A DNA stretch of 64,000 nucleotides. Origin: Octopus sinensis (Eukaryota). The stretch spans positions 66,526,001-66,590,000 of the forward strand of contig NC_043004.1 of the NCBI RefSeq assembly GCF_006345805.1. The letters are read 5' to 3'. The notes beneath the pieces are model-generated. The model made no database searches. It was not told the origin of the DNA and saw only the letters and a list, made by a program, of their open reading frames with translations. This document shows, piece by piece, positions 1 to 12,656 of the stretch (its first letter is position 1; each line of letters begins with the position of its first letter). The position numbers and the translations under genes were made by a program.

Positions 1-45
1 CACATACATACATACATAGATACATACATACATACATACATACAT

Positions 46-160
46 ATCCTTTCTGTTGAAGAGCGTAGGCTCAAAACGTAAAAGACTTTCTCACCTTCCA
101 GAGCGTTAAACTAATACATCTGTTTGTTGTTTACACACCCGTTTTCGTCTTTTGTTCTGT
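46..160 (+). mobile_element. Short HHR-bearing repeat (family H1), probable PLE terminus or retrozyme-like monomer
   Basis: About 115 bp homologous to the reverse complement of 8035-8147; preceded by (CATA)n and followed by (CA)n. Confidence 0.7.
49..84 (+). ncRNA. Minimal hammerhead-like motif with variant or decayed core
   Basis: CTTT-CTGTTGA-A-GAGC(gtag)GCTC-AAAAC-GTA-AAAG: stem I CTTT/AAAG, perfect stem II, no loop 3. G12 is A and A6 is U in this copy. Confidence 0.5.
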
Positions 161-192
161 TTGTTTATTTTGTAAATTCTAACTACACACAG

Positions 193-230
<38 letters not shown>

Positions 231-294
231 AAACATAAAAATATATATGTATGTGTATAAATGTGCTTGTGTGTGTTGGAATTTATAGATAACA

Positions 295-1260
295 AGGCCA
301 AATAGATAACAAGGCCAAGACAATCTGATATTTCAAGGATATTTATAAATAGAATCGTGTCTTACAGCTGTTTCAGAGAAATAAATTATATCCCATCCTT
401 AGAGACGAGTTAAAAGAGTTCGATAGAAGTAAGTAGTAGAATCCATTGTTTTAGAAGTTATTCTGGAGGTGTGGAGATATACAAGAAATTAGATATAATG
501 CAGAAAGTATAAATGGAAAACACGAAAACAAAATTACGTGTTGGGTGTTAAAGTTGCTGTTCCGTTATCCAAGAAATGTGTTGTGTAGACTGGGTAAAGA
601 GTCTTCTTGTCCATGATGTGTAAAGTCCGATAAAAATTCATATGTTGTTATTTCAAATGCAGGTAATAATTCCACGTGTTGTTCATTCAAAGAATCTTCT
701 GGTATAAAGCAATTTTAAGAATTATACTGATAAGGGGAAATAGTTAAAGAAAGAAAAAAATAGTTAAGAATATTTGAAGGAAGAAAGAATTATGTGTAGG
801 AGAGGGTGATATTCTTAACGTCTAGAGTAGAGGGAGGGAAGGAAATTGGAAAAGAGAGAAAGAAGATGATAAAGAAAAAGAAAAGGGGCGGGTGATACAT
901 GCTGGTCAATATATTATTGGTGGGGGGGTGAAAGAGTTGTCAGTAGATAAATGGAATAGGAGAGAGACAGAAGAAGGGATAAGATGGTCAAAAAGGTAAT
1001 ACTTTCAGCATTATATCTAATTTCTTGTATATCTCTCCCTTTCCTGAATAACTTCTAAAAACAACTAGAGATAAGAACATTCTCCTCGATACAACTTCAG
1101 TTTTTTCATACAACATATCATTACCTGTCTAGGTAGGAGAAATACATCCTCAACGTAGTCTTTACCACCAATAGTGACGTCATTCACAATACTCACGACA
1201 TTCAAACAGCTATTTCCTACCGCAATATTACACAATTATATGTATACGGTGCAAAGACGG
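295..1260 (-). mobile_element. Decayed PLE terminal region (pseudo-LTR with partial inverted copy)
   Basis: HHR-like motif at 357-406 (-), a decayed one near 665-710 (-), and an inverted repeat 447-509 vs 1000-1064. No recognisable RT/EN. Confidence 0.5.
357..406 (-). ncRNA. Minimal type I hammerhead with G5A core change
   Basis: Minus strand GTCT-CTAAGGA-TGGGATAT(aattt)ATTTCTCT-GAAAC-AGCT-GTA-AGAC; palindromic AGCT loop 3; same family as 41666-41738. Confidence 0.6.
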
Positions 1261-1954
1261 CAACACATACAAATAACACGAAACATGACCCATCCCCCAT
1301 AAATTTGAATTTCAGGAAAGCTAAGTGCAAGGAACTCGAAACTAAAATTTTCTAAACGCACCCGTCTCTGCATATTGATAACATCAGTATTAACGATCGA
1401 TTGAAGTTTCTATACGGAGATTTAATCGGGATCTGCGGAAAGCATGCTTCGCATAAACAGGCCTGTTCTCGCAAGGACTTGATTCCACGAAATAGATAGG
1501 TGCTAATGGTATCACATTACGCATGGATGCTTATAATAACTTTTATATGAAGATTAGTCATCCCGTAAATAATCCATAAACTTTTATGGTAAATACATAT
1601 AGGCTGACATGGGATTGGCCCTGAATTTATCAAACGGGTAGTCGTTACTGAGAAGGCTACGGACGTCGACTTATGTGCTTTTCCTATAGCATTTACGAAT
1701 TTTAGCTCTTCTAACAATGAAGGTATCTTGACACCCTAGGTCGCGGTCAGTGACGCTTATAATTGTCCTTTATGGTATTACATTGCGCATGTCTGCTTGC
1801 ATATATATATATATATATATACGAGTAAGTGGACAAACGAAAGAAGGGTGACTCAATCAATTTATTGCGAATTACATGTATAGATCAAAATATTTGATTC
1901 AAATTCGTTGGTACTCTTGAGTTCCAAGGGGATGCAAGTCGTCAGCCAATTTGA

Positions 1955-2525
1955 ATTTGAATATGCAAATTGCATATGTGTGCATTTTCCGATTTTCATT
2001 GAAATCGTGCGGTACCCATTTGTCAGGTTTTATTTGAATCTCCCATAGTATGCAAATTGTTGCAAGCAGTCTTCTGGCTAACTTGAAGTTTTTTTACTAG
2101 TTCTCAAGTGGTTTTACGTGGTTACTTCTCAATGCCGGTCTTTATTTGACCGTCATCGATGACTGATGAGCGCCCATTATACTCGCGATTTTCAAGACTC
2201 AGGTCTCCACTGCGAAATCGTTTAAACTATGTTGGAGCTGACCCCTTACTGGGAATTTCCTCACCAAACGTTTCTTTGATATCACGAGCAGTTTCAGCTG
2301 CTTTACATCCGTTTTTTAAGTTGAATAGAAAAATTGCACGAATATCACTCTTTGGACAATTCCATTTCAGATGTTTGTAATAACGATGAAATAAATATGA
2401 ATGTTAATTCATCAATGCATTTGGGTAAGTCTATGTCTGTATAGTTTGTATCTGCAAAACAATGTTTAAAGAAATTCAGAATTCTGCAAAAATCCGGTAC
2501 AAATTTTCTTGGTGGTTCACGACGT
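1955..2525 (-). pseudogene. Mariner (Hsmar1/cecropia-like) transposase, N-terminal remnant
   Basis: Frameshifted translation MELSK/SDIRAIFLFNLKNGCKAAETARDIKETFGEE...FKRFRSGDLSLENREYNGRSSVIDDGQIK...KWVPHDFNEN shows two HTH regions and the WVPHEL linker, with stops; truncated before the DDD domain. Confidence 0.85.
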
Positions 2526-2949
2526 TGTTTACGTTTAACTCAATCTGATATAAATACGCACGCACGCACACATACACACACATACATACATGCATAAATA
2601 CGTACATACATACCTACGTATATACATACATATATAAATACATACATACATATACATAAATACATACATGCATTGTTATCCGTCCGAGATCTATGATTCA
2701 TATGTGTTATTAAAACTGAACCTCTTTTGGTTCGATGTGAGATTCTCAAAGACATTCATTAAGAACATTTAAATTCGAAAATCAAATATTTATAACGAAG
2801 CATCTGCTTCACAACGTGATTGCTAAGGCGCTACGTTATCCACAATTATCACATAAACATTTTCTACTGATGAAATATCTTCAGTATATATCAGATATGA
2901 CTAATAGATAAACACGTTTATCAGATTTTCAGACAATATGATTTACGCT

Positions 2950-3490
2950 ATATTACTGGGGTCGTTTCAAGTTCTGACTTCAAATCTCAGGTAAGTCAGT
3001 TTTCATTTTAATCATTTCAATGTAAAGAAAGTAGTTAATTAGGCAGAAATTTCCTTAATATTATTTGCATTTAAAGCGGTTCTCTGGTAAAATCTTTAGC
3101 ACGCCAGGCCAAACTGCATCACGGCGTTGCGTCCTTCTTTACGTTCTGAGTTCAAATTCCGTCTAGCTTGATCTTGCCTTTTATTCCTTTTAGGGTTAAT
3201 AAAGTAAGTACCAGCAAAGTACTGAGGTCAATGTATTCGGGTAATCCCCTACCCTAAAATTGCTGGTCTTGTGCCAAAATCTGAAATGAATATGAGTTAC
3301 ATTTAATGCAGAGAGCTGACAAAATTGTTAGCACGTCGGCCAAAATGCTTTTTGATATTTCATCATTATTAACGTTCTGAATCCAAATTCTGCCGAGGTT
3401 GAATTTGCCTTTCTTCATTTCAGGTCGATAAAATAGGTACCGGTTGAGCATTATGGCCCTCCTCTTAAATTACTGGCCTGGTACCAAAGT
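2950..3490 (+). mobile_element. Tandem array of about 3 decayed family B SINEs
   Basis: Repeated ttagcacg...ttacgttctgagttcaaattcc...ctttcatcctttc...gtcgata.aa.aagtacc modules; B-box GTTCAAATTCC. Confidence 0.75.
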
Positions 3491-4275
3491 TTTCATAATT
3501 TTCTCCCAACTACAAAGAAATATGATGTAGCAGCCGTCGGGAATTACACCATGTCTTCTGCTAATATAATGTTGTAGTCTTCTGCTTACTCCCTACAAAG
3601 TTCCTCCTTCTGAATAACAGACCTCTGTCGCTAGACCAATCGACTTTTGAGCATCAAGCAAAATTTCGTGATACTTCAAGAAATACTATAGTCTTGGAAC
3701 ATTTTTACTAGAGGTACTCTCAGGTCCCAAATAATAGTGCGGTGTAATAAGCAGGTGGATTGGATATCTGCTTAAATTCGTATAAGCAGGTGCGTTCGAA
3801 TAAATAGAGCGGTTGGAAAATCGGTTATTGTATAGTGATAACTGTATAAGATTTAAATAATTTCCAGGTTGTCTCACTTGACGTCTTTAAAACCAGTTAT
3901 TTACTCTCGGATCCCAAATGATGGTGGTGTTGGAATAAGCGAGTGAGTAGGACCTTTGCTTAAACTCATATAAGAGGGTAGGCTGCAATAAACAGGGGTG
4001 GGTGGGAATCACTAAGTGTGTAGTGTATGTACGAAATTTAGGAAAAATGCCTCTTAAAGCACATGTAACTACACAACGAGGCAAAATAAATTAACAAACA
4101 GCAAGTGAAATTAGCACATATGTATGCTTCAAACGTTCACATTAGTTAAGATATACAGTTGGATAATAAAAGTAAGACATATGTTAATTATGGAAATTAT
4201 GGAATTTCTTCATCAGGTGTCTTGGAGAAATTTCGAACCTGGGTTCTCATTCCTAAGGTATTTTTCGCTAATATA

Positions 4276-4291
4276 AATATTATTATTATTA

Positions 4292-4389
<98 letters not shown>
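4276..4389. repeat. (ATT)n microsatellite
   Basis: Direct reading. Confidence 0.95.
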
Positions 4390-6129
4390 TGGTCACTGCT
4401 TGAAATCGAACTTACCGATGGTTGGGTAAGCTTTGTGGTTCGTAACCCGCTACATTCGGGGTAAGGCCGTTTTTGTTGAAGAAAATATACCAATGTGGGA
4501 AATACATAATTAGTATCGTTGTCGTCTCCACTACGGATAAATTAAAATTTTCATTAAACCATCCAGGCTTCCTAAATATATTTTCACCGTAACATCCACC
4601 CACATATTCCGAATATATTTATTTCATTCTCTGCATCTCATTCGAATATCTTCCCCTAAAGGAACTCATCAAGAATTAAATAAAATCCGGTATTAGATGG
4701 TTTAAAATCATTAAGTATAATTATAAAGAAATTTTGGAAAGTAATTGAATGGCCATCGACTATGTATTGATGAACTAAAATTGACTTCCGTTATTACCAA
4801 GAGTATTTGATTCACTCCGGGAAACCATACTTTAAGCATAGGTACCAGCATGGCGAATATTTCAGAATTTTGAGAATAACATAATTCACTTGCACAGATT
4901 AGTATATAACCGCTGGCAGCAAAGGTTATCAATTTTGAAGAAGCCATGCAAGCTTCTCTATCTTCCTAAGGACAGTTCAAAATATCACTAATTCCTCTTC
5001 AGATATTCTACTTCATTTCCCAACATCAAATTGTATGTCGTATCTTATAATAGATTGAGGGAGAATAAAATCTCCCTCTCAGCAAAATTCTAAATGCAGA
5101 AACAATTTAGTTTTCGATTAATAGTTCTTTTCTAACGTGTCTTAATAGACAACCTTATTAAAGATAACATCAGTGAACATTAACGATATTCTATTATGCT
5201 ACCGACAATTTCGCTTCTCTTTAATAACCAACTATCAATCATTGCCAAATATGTTTACTAATTCACCAATATCTTGAACTTTCATTCAATTATGACCCTG
5301 AAATCTCAAAGCTTGTGTACACGAATTCCAGTGCACTTGTGTGCTTCGCTAACATATTTATCAAGTAATAATTTATCAAACTCTTAAACCTTTACCAATG
5401 GTTAAAATTATATATGAGATTGGAATTCGTTTGCAAAACGAGATTAATCATTTGTGACACACAAATTAAAGTGCGCACATTTTCCACTATACTCGGTTCT
5501 TAATCTGCCAAGGAATGAATTTGTACCTTATTCATTTTGTAAAATATATAGAATATATCAACTCACAAGACGTTTTATTTTCTATTTTATTGCTAAATAA
5601 ACATTTCTAATAAATATTTCTGATAATGTTTCAAATTCTTATCATATACGATATCAAAATTTTGAAAAGAAATAAAGGAAATAGATCATCCAATCTAATA
5701 AATACGTTATTAAAACCTAGGATCAGGATTAATTTGTAAAGGGTTGCTTTTAATTTTGGTGTCAAAAATTGATTCCACTTTACTGGAAGCAATTTTGGTT
5801 CAGATTGTAACAAATTCTGAACTTATCGTGAAAAGGTCATGTTACAAGATATTAGGACAAAATTTGAAGACTTATTACGTCGTGTTTTATACGGAACAAT
5901 TTGATGTGCTCGTTAACAGCTTCGGCGTTGGAGAATGTAGGGATTAAAGATGCTGTTGAGTAAAAGGTATCTGACATGGAGGATTAGAGCCATCTGAGCA
6001 TTAGAAAAGAGTTACCTGCACCATGATCAATGACGAAGGGTTTCAAAATGCCCTGTAAACACTGTAAAGCTGTAACACGTAATATGGGCACCTGCAATTG
6101 AGAATTTGTGACCGAATGACCAGCAGGAA

Positions 6130-6340
6130 GAAAACATCAGGCATTCAGACTACGTACACATACCCGAATTCAGCCCTACATCCTTGATCAGGACTTCAGG
6201 GTCAATTCAGACAGCCATAAGAAGTTACTGGGGATTGCTCCACTGGGTTGCTGCCGGAAGGCCACATAAGTGGCAGCAAGATTCAGCTTCTTCCTATATC
6301 TCCTGACAGGGTTAGAAGTGCTTGTCGGAGATTTTCTACG
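6130..6340 (-). mobile_element. Possible highly decayed RTE-type LINE 3' ORF remnant
   Basis: Fragments KISDK..., RKKLNLAA...IPSNFLW, VLIKDVGL resemble the RTE C-terminal RRLRLAGH...LLW...LxxDTGL; weak. Confidence 0.3.
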
Positions 6341-6741
6341 AGTTCCCAACCCCAATTTTTATCGTCCTTATTCTCTCGGGTGTAATCTTGATGCGCATTT
6401 GGAGTGCTCTATCTGCAAACTAAGGCCGAACATGTTTGAATTTTTAAAAATACTCTTAATCTTGTATCGAATATTGTATTTTCTTTTCGTTTCATTCAAA
6501 CGTCAAATTTAGCACGAACATCTTGTTCTTTCTTTAAAATAACATTCTACAGAAAAGGTTCATTTTTCGGTGATCCTGGTTATCGGTCGCACATGTATAA
6601 GTATATATTTTATGCTAACGTCGTCTCATACCTGAAATGTTACTTGCTCTGTACGGCATTTATCAGCTGGGTTTTTTTCAACTGAGCTACAGTTTTGCAT
6701 CAAGATATGATGTTGAATATCACTCGGGTTTGTGGAATATA

Positions 6742-7571
6742 CGTAATCTGATCAATAAGTATCCGGACTGTTGCCATATTAACGACGTTAAAGCACGCAG
6801 AGTAATGCCGCTTGGCACAGGTCGACCATGCACACCGTTGTGCATGCAAACAAGTTTATAGCGTTCTAGGTCACTTCCGCTGTTTCCAGCAGTGCTTGGA
6901 AGAAGGTGTGTTGCGTGTGATCATCGCCATGGTCATGACAGAAAAGTTGAGCAGAGAAACTGAATCAATTTTTTTCAAAAAGCTTGGCCATACCTGCTCA
7001 GAGGGCTACGCAAATTTTTAAAAAGATTTTCATCGTTCTCGACGCAATCATGGAGATCTAGTGCTACTGAAACCCGAGTGTCTTTTTGGTCAGCTGAAAG
7101 CAATTTTGACGCAAACTTGGCGGATACGCGCCTCATACCCACATCTTCAGGGATACCGGACGGAACTGAACCGTAACTAATTTGCACATCCTCTGATAAC
7201 TCACGGATGGCGATTCGACGATTTCCCCTCACAAATGTTTTTCTCAGTTCTGCTTGTTGCAGGTCTCCCAGATCGTTCGACAATATCGACATTTTTCAGC
7301 CATGTTGGAAACATCTGAGCCACTCGTACACATTTGTGCGGCTCATGCACTACTCTCCATATGCCTTCTGCAACTTTGCGTAGGCCTCTGAGCAGGTATC
7401 GCCATGACAGCCTTCTCTGTCATGGTCAATGCCTTGATCACACGCTACACACCTTCCGTCCAAGCACTGCTGTAAACAGTGCAGAGTGCAAGGTCAAATT
7501 TTGCCAAGCGTCTCTTTTCTGCCTGATTCATTAGTATGGCAACAGTCCTAATATTTATTGATCAGACCTCG
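6742..7571. mobile_element. Non-autonomous mariner derivative built from two head-to-head 5' ends
   Basis: TIRs cgtaatctgatcaataagtatccggactg / cagtcctaatatttattgatcagacctcg flanked by TA. The minus strand encodes MTEK..GDTCSEAYAKLQKAYGE..SRTNVYEW..IRELSEDVQISYGSV..MRRVSAKFASKLLSADQKDTRVSVA; the plus strand 6742-7020 repeats the 5' end (MTEKLSR..KLGHTCSEGYANF). Confidence 0.85.
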
Positions 7572-7671
7572 TATCTTCAAGAACAGTTCAATCTGTGAAA
7601 ATGTTTTACTCTTAAAACATTTATAATCGCTCGAGTTTGCAGAATTTCAATTCAGCGATTTTTAGAGAAAC

Positions 7672-7730
7672 GACTAAAGGTGGTGCTCCAGGATGTCCAC
7701 AGTCAAATGACTGAAACAAGTAAAAGAGTA
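7672..7730 (+). mobile_element. SINE family A, 3' tail only
   Basis: gactaaaggtggtgctccag...agtcaaatgactgaaacaagtaaaagag. Confidence 0.8.
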
Positions 7731-8034
7731 TATAATGTACGTTTCACAATTTTTGCAATATGAATCTTGCAAACTTACAGCAATGCTTGTAGAATGTTTT
7801 TGCGCGCGCATGCGTGCTTGTGTGTTTGTGTGTTTGTGTATGTAAACGTTTTAATTACGTATACATTTGTGTAATTTATTCAATGAAGCGTGGTACTGAC
7901 TTTTAAACAATTTCAGCAACTCAACATCTCACACATTTGTACACTCAATTACATACACACACACACGCACACACACATATATATATATATAGGTATATAT
8001 ATGTGTGTGTGTTTATATAGGGAAAGGTTACGAA

Positions 8035-8147
8035 AAAAACAAAAGACAAAGACAGGTGGTGTACAAAACAAACAGATGAATTAGTGTAACGCTCAGGAAT
8101 AGAAAAAGTCTTTTACGTTTCGAGGCTACGCTCTTCTACAGAAAGGT
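8035..8147 (-). mobile_element. Second copy of HHR-bearing family H1
   Basis: Minus strand CTTT-CTGTAGA-A-GAG(cgtagc)CTC-GAAAC-GTA-AAAG, then a tail homologous to 85-160. Confidence 0.7.
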
Positions 8148-8270
8148 ACACAGAGAAAACAAGGAGAGAAAAAATGTGTGTAGTGGCTAACGATCTATTA
8201 TGGCGACACACGTATTCACTTGTACATATAGACATGCACGCGCGCGCACACGCGCGCACACGCGCGCACA

Positions 8271-8330
<60 letters not shown>

Positions 8331-9258
8331 CATATAAACATACGTACACACATAATTATATATACGTGCATGCACGCACACATTTGTTTTCGTGCGTTTT
8401 TATTCCCCTAGCTTCGGGCTATGGTGCATGAAATCATTCTTTTCCTTATTATGAACTCGGCGAAAAAAGCATCGGTCCGAAACGTACGGAAAAATCTTCA
8501 CAAAGCCTACAAACATAAAGAAACAATTCTACGCTGTATACATATTAACGCATTGAGATACACCCATAAATATATACACACACATACATATAGATGTATT
8601 TACACACATATTGTAAAAGATGATTATATCTATCATCATACGTATTTAGATGTTATGCCTTAGTTCTGTCCTGGCCTTAGCACTCATAATTCTTCTCTTC
8701 TTGATGTTATCTCAGTCGCTCTATGCTATCCTAAATGCGTTGCTTCCATCATCTTCTGGTGTTCTTCACAACTATTCTATTGTATTTCTGTCTCCTGACT
8801 TCCAATTGGGTTACTCATTAAAATATCATATATTTTTCCAAGGAAAGTATAGGTTCATTAGCTTAATACTTCTTTTTTTTTATCCCGTATAACAAAGCAT
8901 TTTATTTTTCTTTGTAATATTTTGCAATTACCATTTTCTGGCCGTTGTTTGAACTCGAATATTTGATATAGATTTATGCTCGCATACTTATCAGGTCATG
9001 ACCAATTTTATGAACGTCTCAGGTCAAAATGTATTCGAGTACTATCTATTCATGGTTGAGTTGTCGGCAACTAAACAAGCTAATAGAAGCTTTGCGCAGT
9101 TGTGTGACTGTCTGACAGCCGAGTAACATTATGAACATGAAGTTTCAAAGACGATCAGGCGCTACGGTGTACAACAACAGTAGCGTATTGGAGAGATTAC
9201 AATTGATAAGCCTACCGAGTCAAATGCAATACTTTACGTACTGAATTCAAATTACGGC

Positions 9259-9433
9259 GAGGTCGACTTTGACTTTCATATTTCAAGGTCGACTTTGCCT
9301 TTTATATTTTCGAGGTCGACTTTGCCCTTCATACTTTCGAGGTCGACTTTGCCCTTCACACTTTCAAGGTCGACATGCGTTTTATATTTTCAAGGTTGAT
9401 TATTGCCTTCCATATTTCGAGGTCGACTTTGCC
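9259..9433 (+). repeat. Minisatellite of about 7 x 26-27 bp derived from SINE family B
   Basis: Units like gaggtcgactttgcccttcatactttc directly follow a decayed SINE B head (ttcaaattacggcgaggtcgac). Confidence 0.85.
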
Positions 9434-9439
9434 TGTCAT

Positions 9440-10760
9440 GTTAGGTAGTTGCATTCCTTTGCGTTAAGTTATTTCGATGTTGGTAAATGAGTGTGTTCAA
9501 TTTGGTCATTGTTTTTGATTGTTGGTAGTTGACTACTCTTTCATAGTAGGTAGTATCTTGGAAGAGTTTTTGCCTTGCTCAGTATCCATAATCACGACAG
9601 TGCTACCCTTATCTGGTTCCTTGATTGTGATGTCATCATTGTTTCGTAACTCATAGACGGTTTCTCATTCCCTTTTATTGGTGTTGGATTTGGGTTTAGG
9701 TTGTTGAAGTTCTCTATAAAGAAAGTCTGAAATGTAGTCACAAAATTTGCCCAAGTTTTGTTCTGCTTTTTGTGGGATTATATTTGCTTTTGTTACGGAC
9801 CATTGATTCGTCGTTATTAACTTCTTTGTCAGAAAAGTCCTGGGTGAGGCGTAAATTTCTGCAAAAGTTTGAGATATCATCCTGGATTTCACTCAGGCTA
9901 GGATATTGTGGGGTGGGTGTGAATTTTATTCCTTTTGAAAGGATTTTGATTTGTTGGGTTGACAGGTTTAGGTTTGAGAGATACAGTATTTTTGGTTTTT
10001 CAAGGTTGGTATCTTGCTCTGGGGGTTGTTCTGTCTGCGGTATTTTGGTGTGTGTTACTCTTTCCCCATTGATGTGTTGCCCAGTAAAGGGGTTTTGGTT
10101 ATTCCGGTGTGTGAGTTGTTGGTGTGGCCTACTAGAGGGGTTTTGGTTATTCCAGGGTCTGGGTTGTTCGTACTTGGTGTAAGTTTGGTTCCTTAGAGTG
10201 GGCTGCAACATACAATCGTGGTTTAGAGGTGAATTACTATGTGATGTCTGGAATCTCCGATTTTGGAACGATTCTTGTGTGTGCTAGGATGTAGAGTGTC
10301 TGGTTAAATTTTGTCTTTGGTTGGTGGGTGCCTGGGTTCATTTGATAGGTTGTAGTTCTGATTGAAAGCTCTGTTGTTGTTGTCAACGTTAGGAGTGGTG
10401 CCTTTTTGTTTTCTTTGCTTTTGGTGAGGTGTGTGAGTTTTAATTATTTTTATTTTTAGATATGGGTTGCTTGTAACGTGCTCGTTTTTAAACTCCTTTT
10501 CGTAATTGGCGAACTAGGTGTTTTTCCCCTCGTTGGAGAGATGTTAGGTTTTAATCCTCACAGATTTTTCTCCAGAGCTTGGTGGTTTGATCAAAGAGTG
10601 CACCTTCACAGCATTTCGCAGTTTCAGTTTGTATTTCGTTCTCAAGTGCCTTGATTTTTTTAGCTGGTATTGGCTCTTAGCCGTAACAGTTTTATTTCTG
10701 TTTTGAAGTTTTCGAAAGCCAGACTCACACCATTCTCACCTCTAAGACGAGTCCACAAAA
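9440..10760 (-). pseudogene. Neptune-type Penelope-like element, N-terminal ORF region (RT and EN missing)
   Basis: KILYLSNLNLSTQQIKILSKGIKFTPTP...EIQDDISNFCRNLRLTQDF...DESMVRNKSKYNP, then ELRNNDDITIKEPDKGSTVVIMDTE (PLE KxADKG motif); stops and frameshifts. Confidence 0.85.
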
Positions 10761-11234
10761 CCACTGGACCATGACAGACTAGCCTAGAAACAAAAATTCC
10801 TTTACTTCCACATTACTATTCCTCCCCCAACCAACCTCCCACACTGTCCCTTCAAATAGCAAGCATTACTTAGCTACACAAAAGACAGAGATTACGTGAA
10901 AAAGACAGATCGAATCCTCCCCGATTTTTTGTAAATTCTTAAATACATTTCCTTCTGTGTATATTTATAGTACCAAACAAACATGATTTTTATTGAACAG
11001 CTAATATTTTTTATTGAATACTTTCTTAAACACTTTCTTGTAAACTGTTTTTAACATTTTCTTATTATTATCACAAAATGTATATATGCATTTTAATACG
11101 TTTGTAACAACCGGTACTTAACACAACAAAGCTTATACAAAGCTTTACATTTTACATTTGACAATCTTCATCTAAAAAATGAAGCTGGTGAAATCAATAA
11201 ACATCTTTGAAATTGCATTTTCAAACCTTCTTTC

Positions 11235-11272
<38 letters not shown>

Positions 11273-11281
11273 TATATGTAT

Positions 11282-11363
<82 letters not shown>

Positions 11364-11372
11364 ATATGTATG

Positions 11373-11407
<35 letters not shown>

Positions 11408-11740
11408 ATGTATATTATCTACGAGATTAACTATTCCTCTAACGAAATATATATGCATATTGAATTTTGTGCCTTCAACCGATTTATGGCGATATTTCAA
11501 GACAAGTAGTAGGGAAAAATTGCGGTGTACGGGAACTACAACTAATGACACAAATAGGATTAGGCTTAGCAGCAATATGAGTAATGACAAACATAACAGA
11601 AACGCAACGAGTGGAAGAACGAGGGTAATTCTATGTGGACGCATACAACATCGAATATTCTATGAAAAATACGTAGGTCATATTTTCTGTTAGTTATCTT
11701 TTTATTTAATCCTGAAAAAAATGTATGTATATATATATAT

Positions 11741-11888
11741 TTCAGTTCCCGTCTACAAAATCAGCTCACAAGGCTTTGGGCGTGCCAAGGCTATAGTAGA
11801 AGACACTTGCGTAATGTGTGACGCAGCGGGACTGAACCCGGAACCATGTGGTTGGGAAGCAAGCTTCTTATCACAGCTACAAGCCTAT
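11741..11888 (-). mobile_element. SINE family A, 5' half
   Basis: Reverse complement of gtggtaag.agcttgctt.ccaaccacatggttccgggttcagtccc...caagtgtcttctactatagcc...gacggaaactgaa. Confidence 0.85.
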
Positions 11889-11932
11889 TTTTATATATGT
11901 CTTTGTGTTAGTGTGTGTGGGCGTGTGTGTGA

Positions 11933-11965
<33 letters not shown>

Positions 11966-12611
11966 CAAACGTTTATATATATGTATATATATAAGTATAT
12001 ATAGTGGGGGAGAGAGTAAGAGAGAGAGTGAGGAAGAGAGAGAGAGAGAAGAGAGAGTGATGTGGAGATAGATAGCTAGATAGATATGTTCGCAATTATT
12101 TATTGTGTATAAAGGCAAATTATCCAGAATATCTTCGCATCTACGTATCTACACAATACACAACCGACCGTGTATTCAAATATCGAAATGAAATCCATAC
12201 CTTTATATCGCCACTGTTGCTTATTGTATTTGTTATTTTAAACTAAACAGTGAATGAACGCATCAGTAGTGTATTATAGCGAGTTAGTAATAAACATCGA
12301 CATTTATACCTAAATCAAACAGCGTGCAGCCATATAGAAATCACGTGAGCGCTTCTGTTTGCAGACACATGCTCACCCATATATACACAATGAGATGCAT
12401 ATAGCCACATTCAGATATCCCAGCCATGTGCTCTCAGATCATTATATTTTCCCTTTTTCAACAGTTATCTTCCGCCACCCACCTCTTGTGTTCGTTGGAA
12501 CATTAAGTGTTCACAGTCTTATAGTCTAGCTACCCCTATTGTACCTTCCCTCTCATCATTTCAATCTTAATTTTTACATACTTTACGTTTATTTTCTCAC
12601 TCTATCTATCA

Positions 12612-12656
<45 letters not shown>

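Noticed and set aside
2864-2925. CTGATGA...AAAC-ACGT-TTA hammerhead-like stretch (similar weak cases near 25830, 34640, 49620, 54160, 60630)
   Set aside because: Stems I-III cannot all be formed and several core bases are missing; at best decayed relics.
3735-3830. Repeated TAAGCAGGTG motif resembling pogo/Tigger subterminal repeats
   Set aside because: No partner TIR or target duplication found.
4500-4990. Possible piggyBac-like remnant (HSITFQNFF, W.DN) on the minus strand
   Set aside because: Motifs are too degenerate and the upstream DES/GKP motifs were not found; needs an HMM search.
9259-9433. CRISPR-like array
   Set aside because: Contiguous units without unique spacers, in eukaryotic context; SINE-derived minisatellite.
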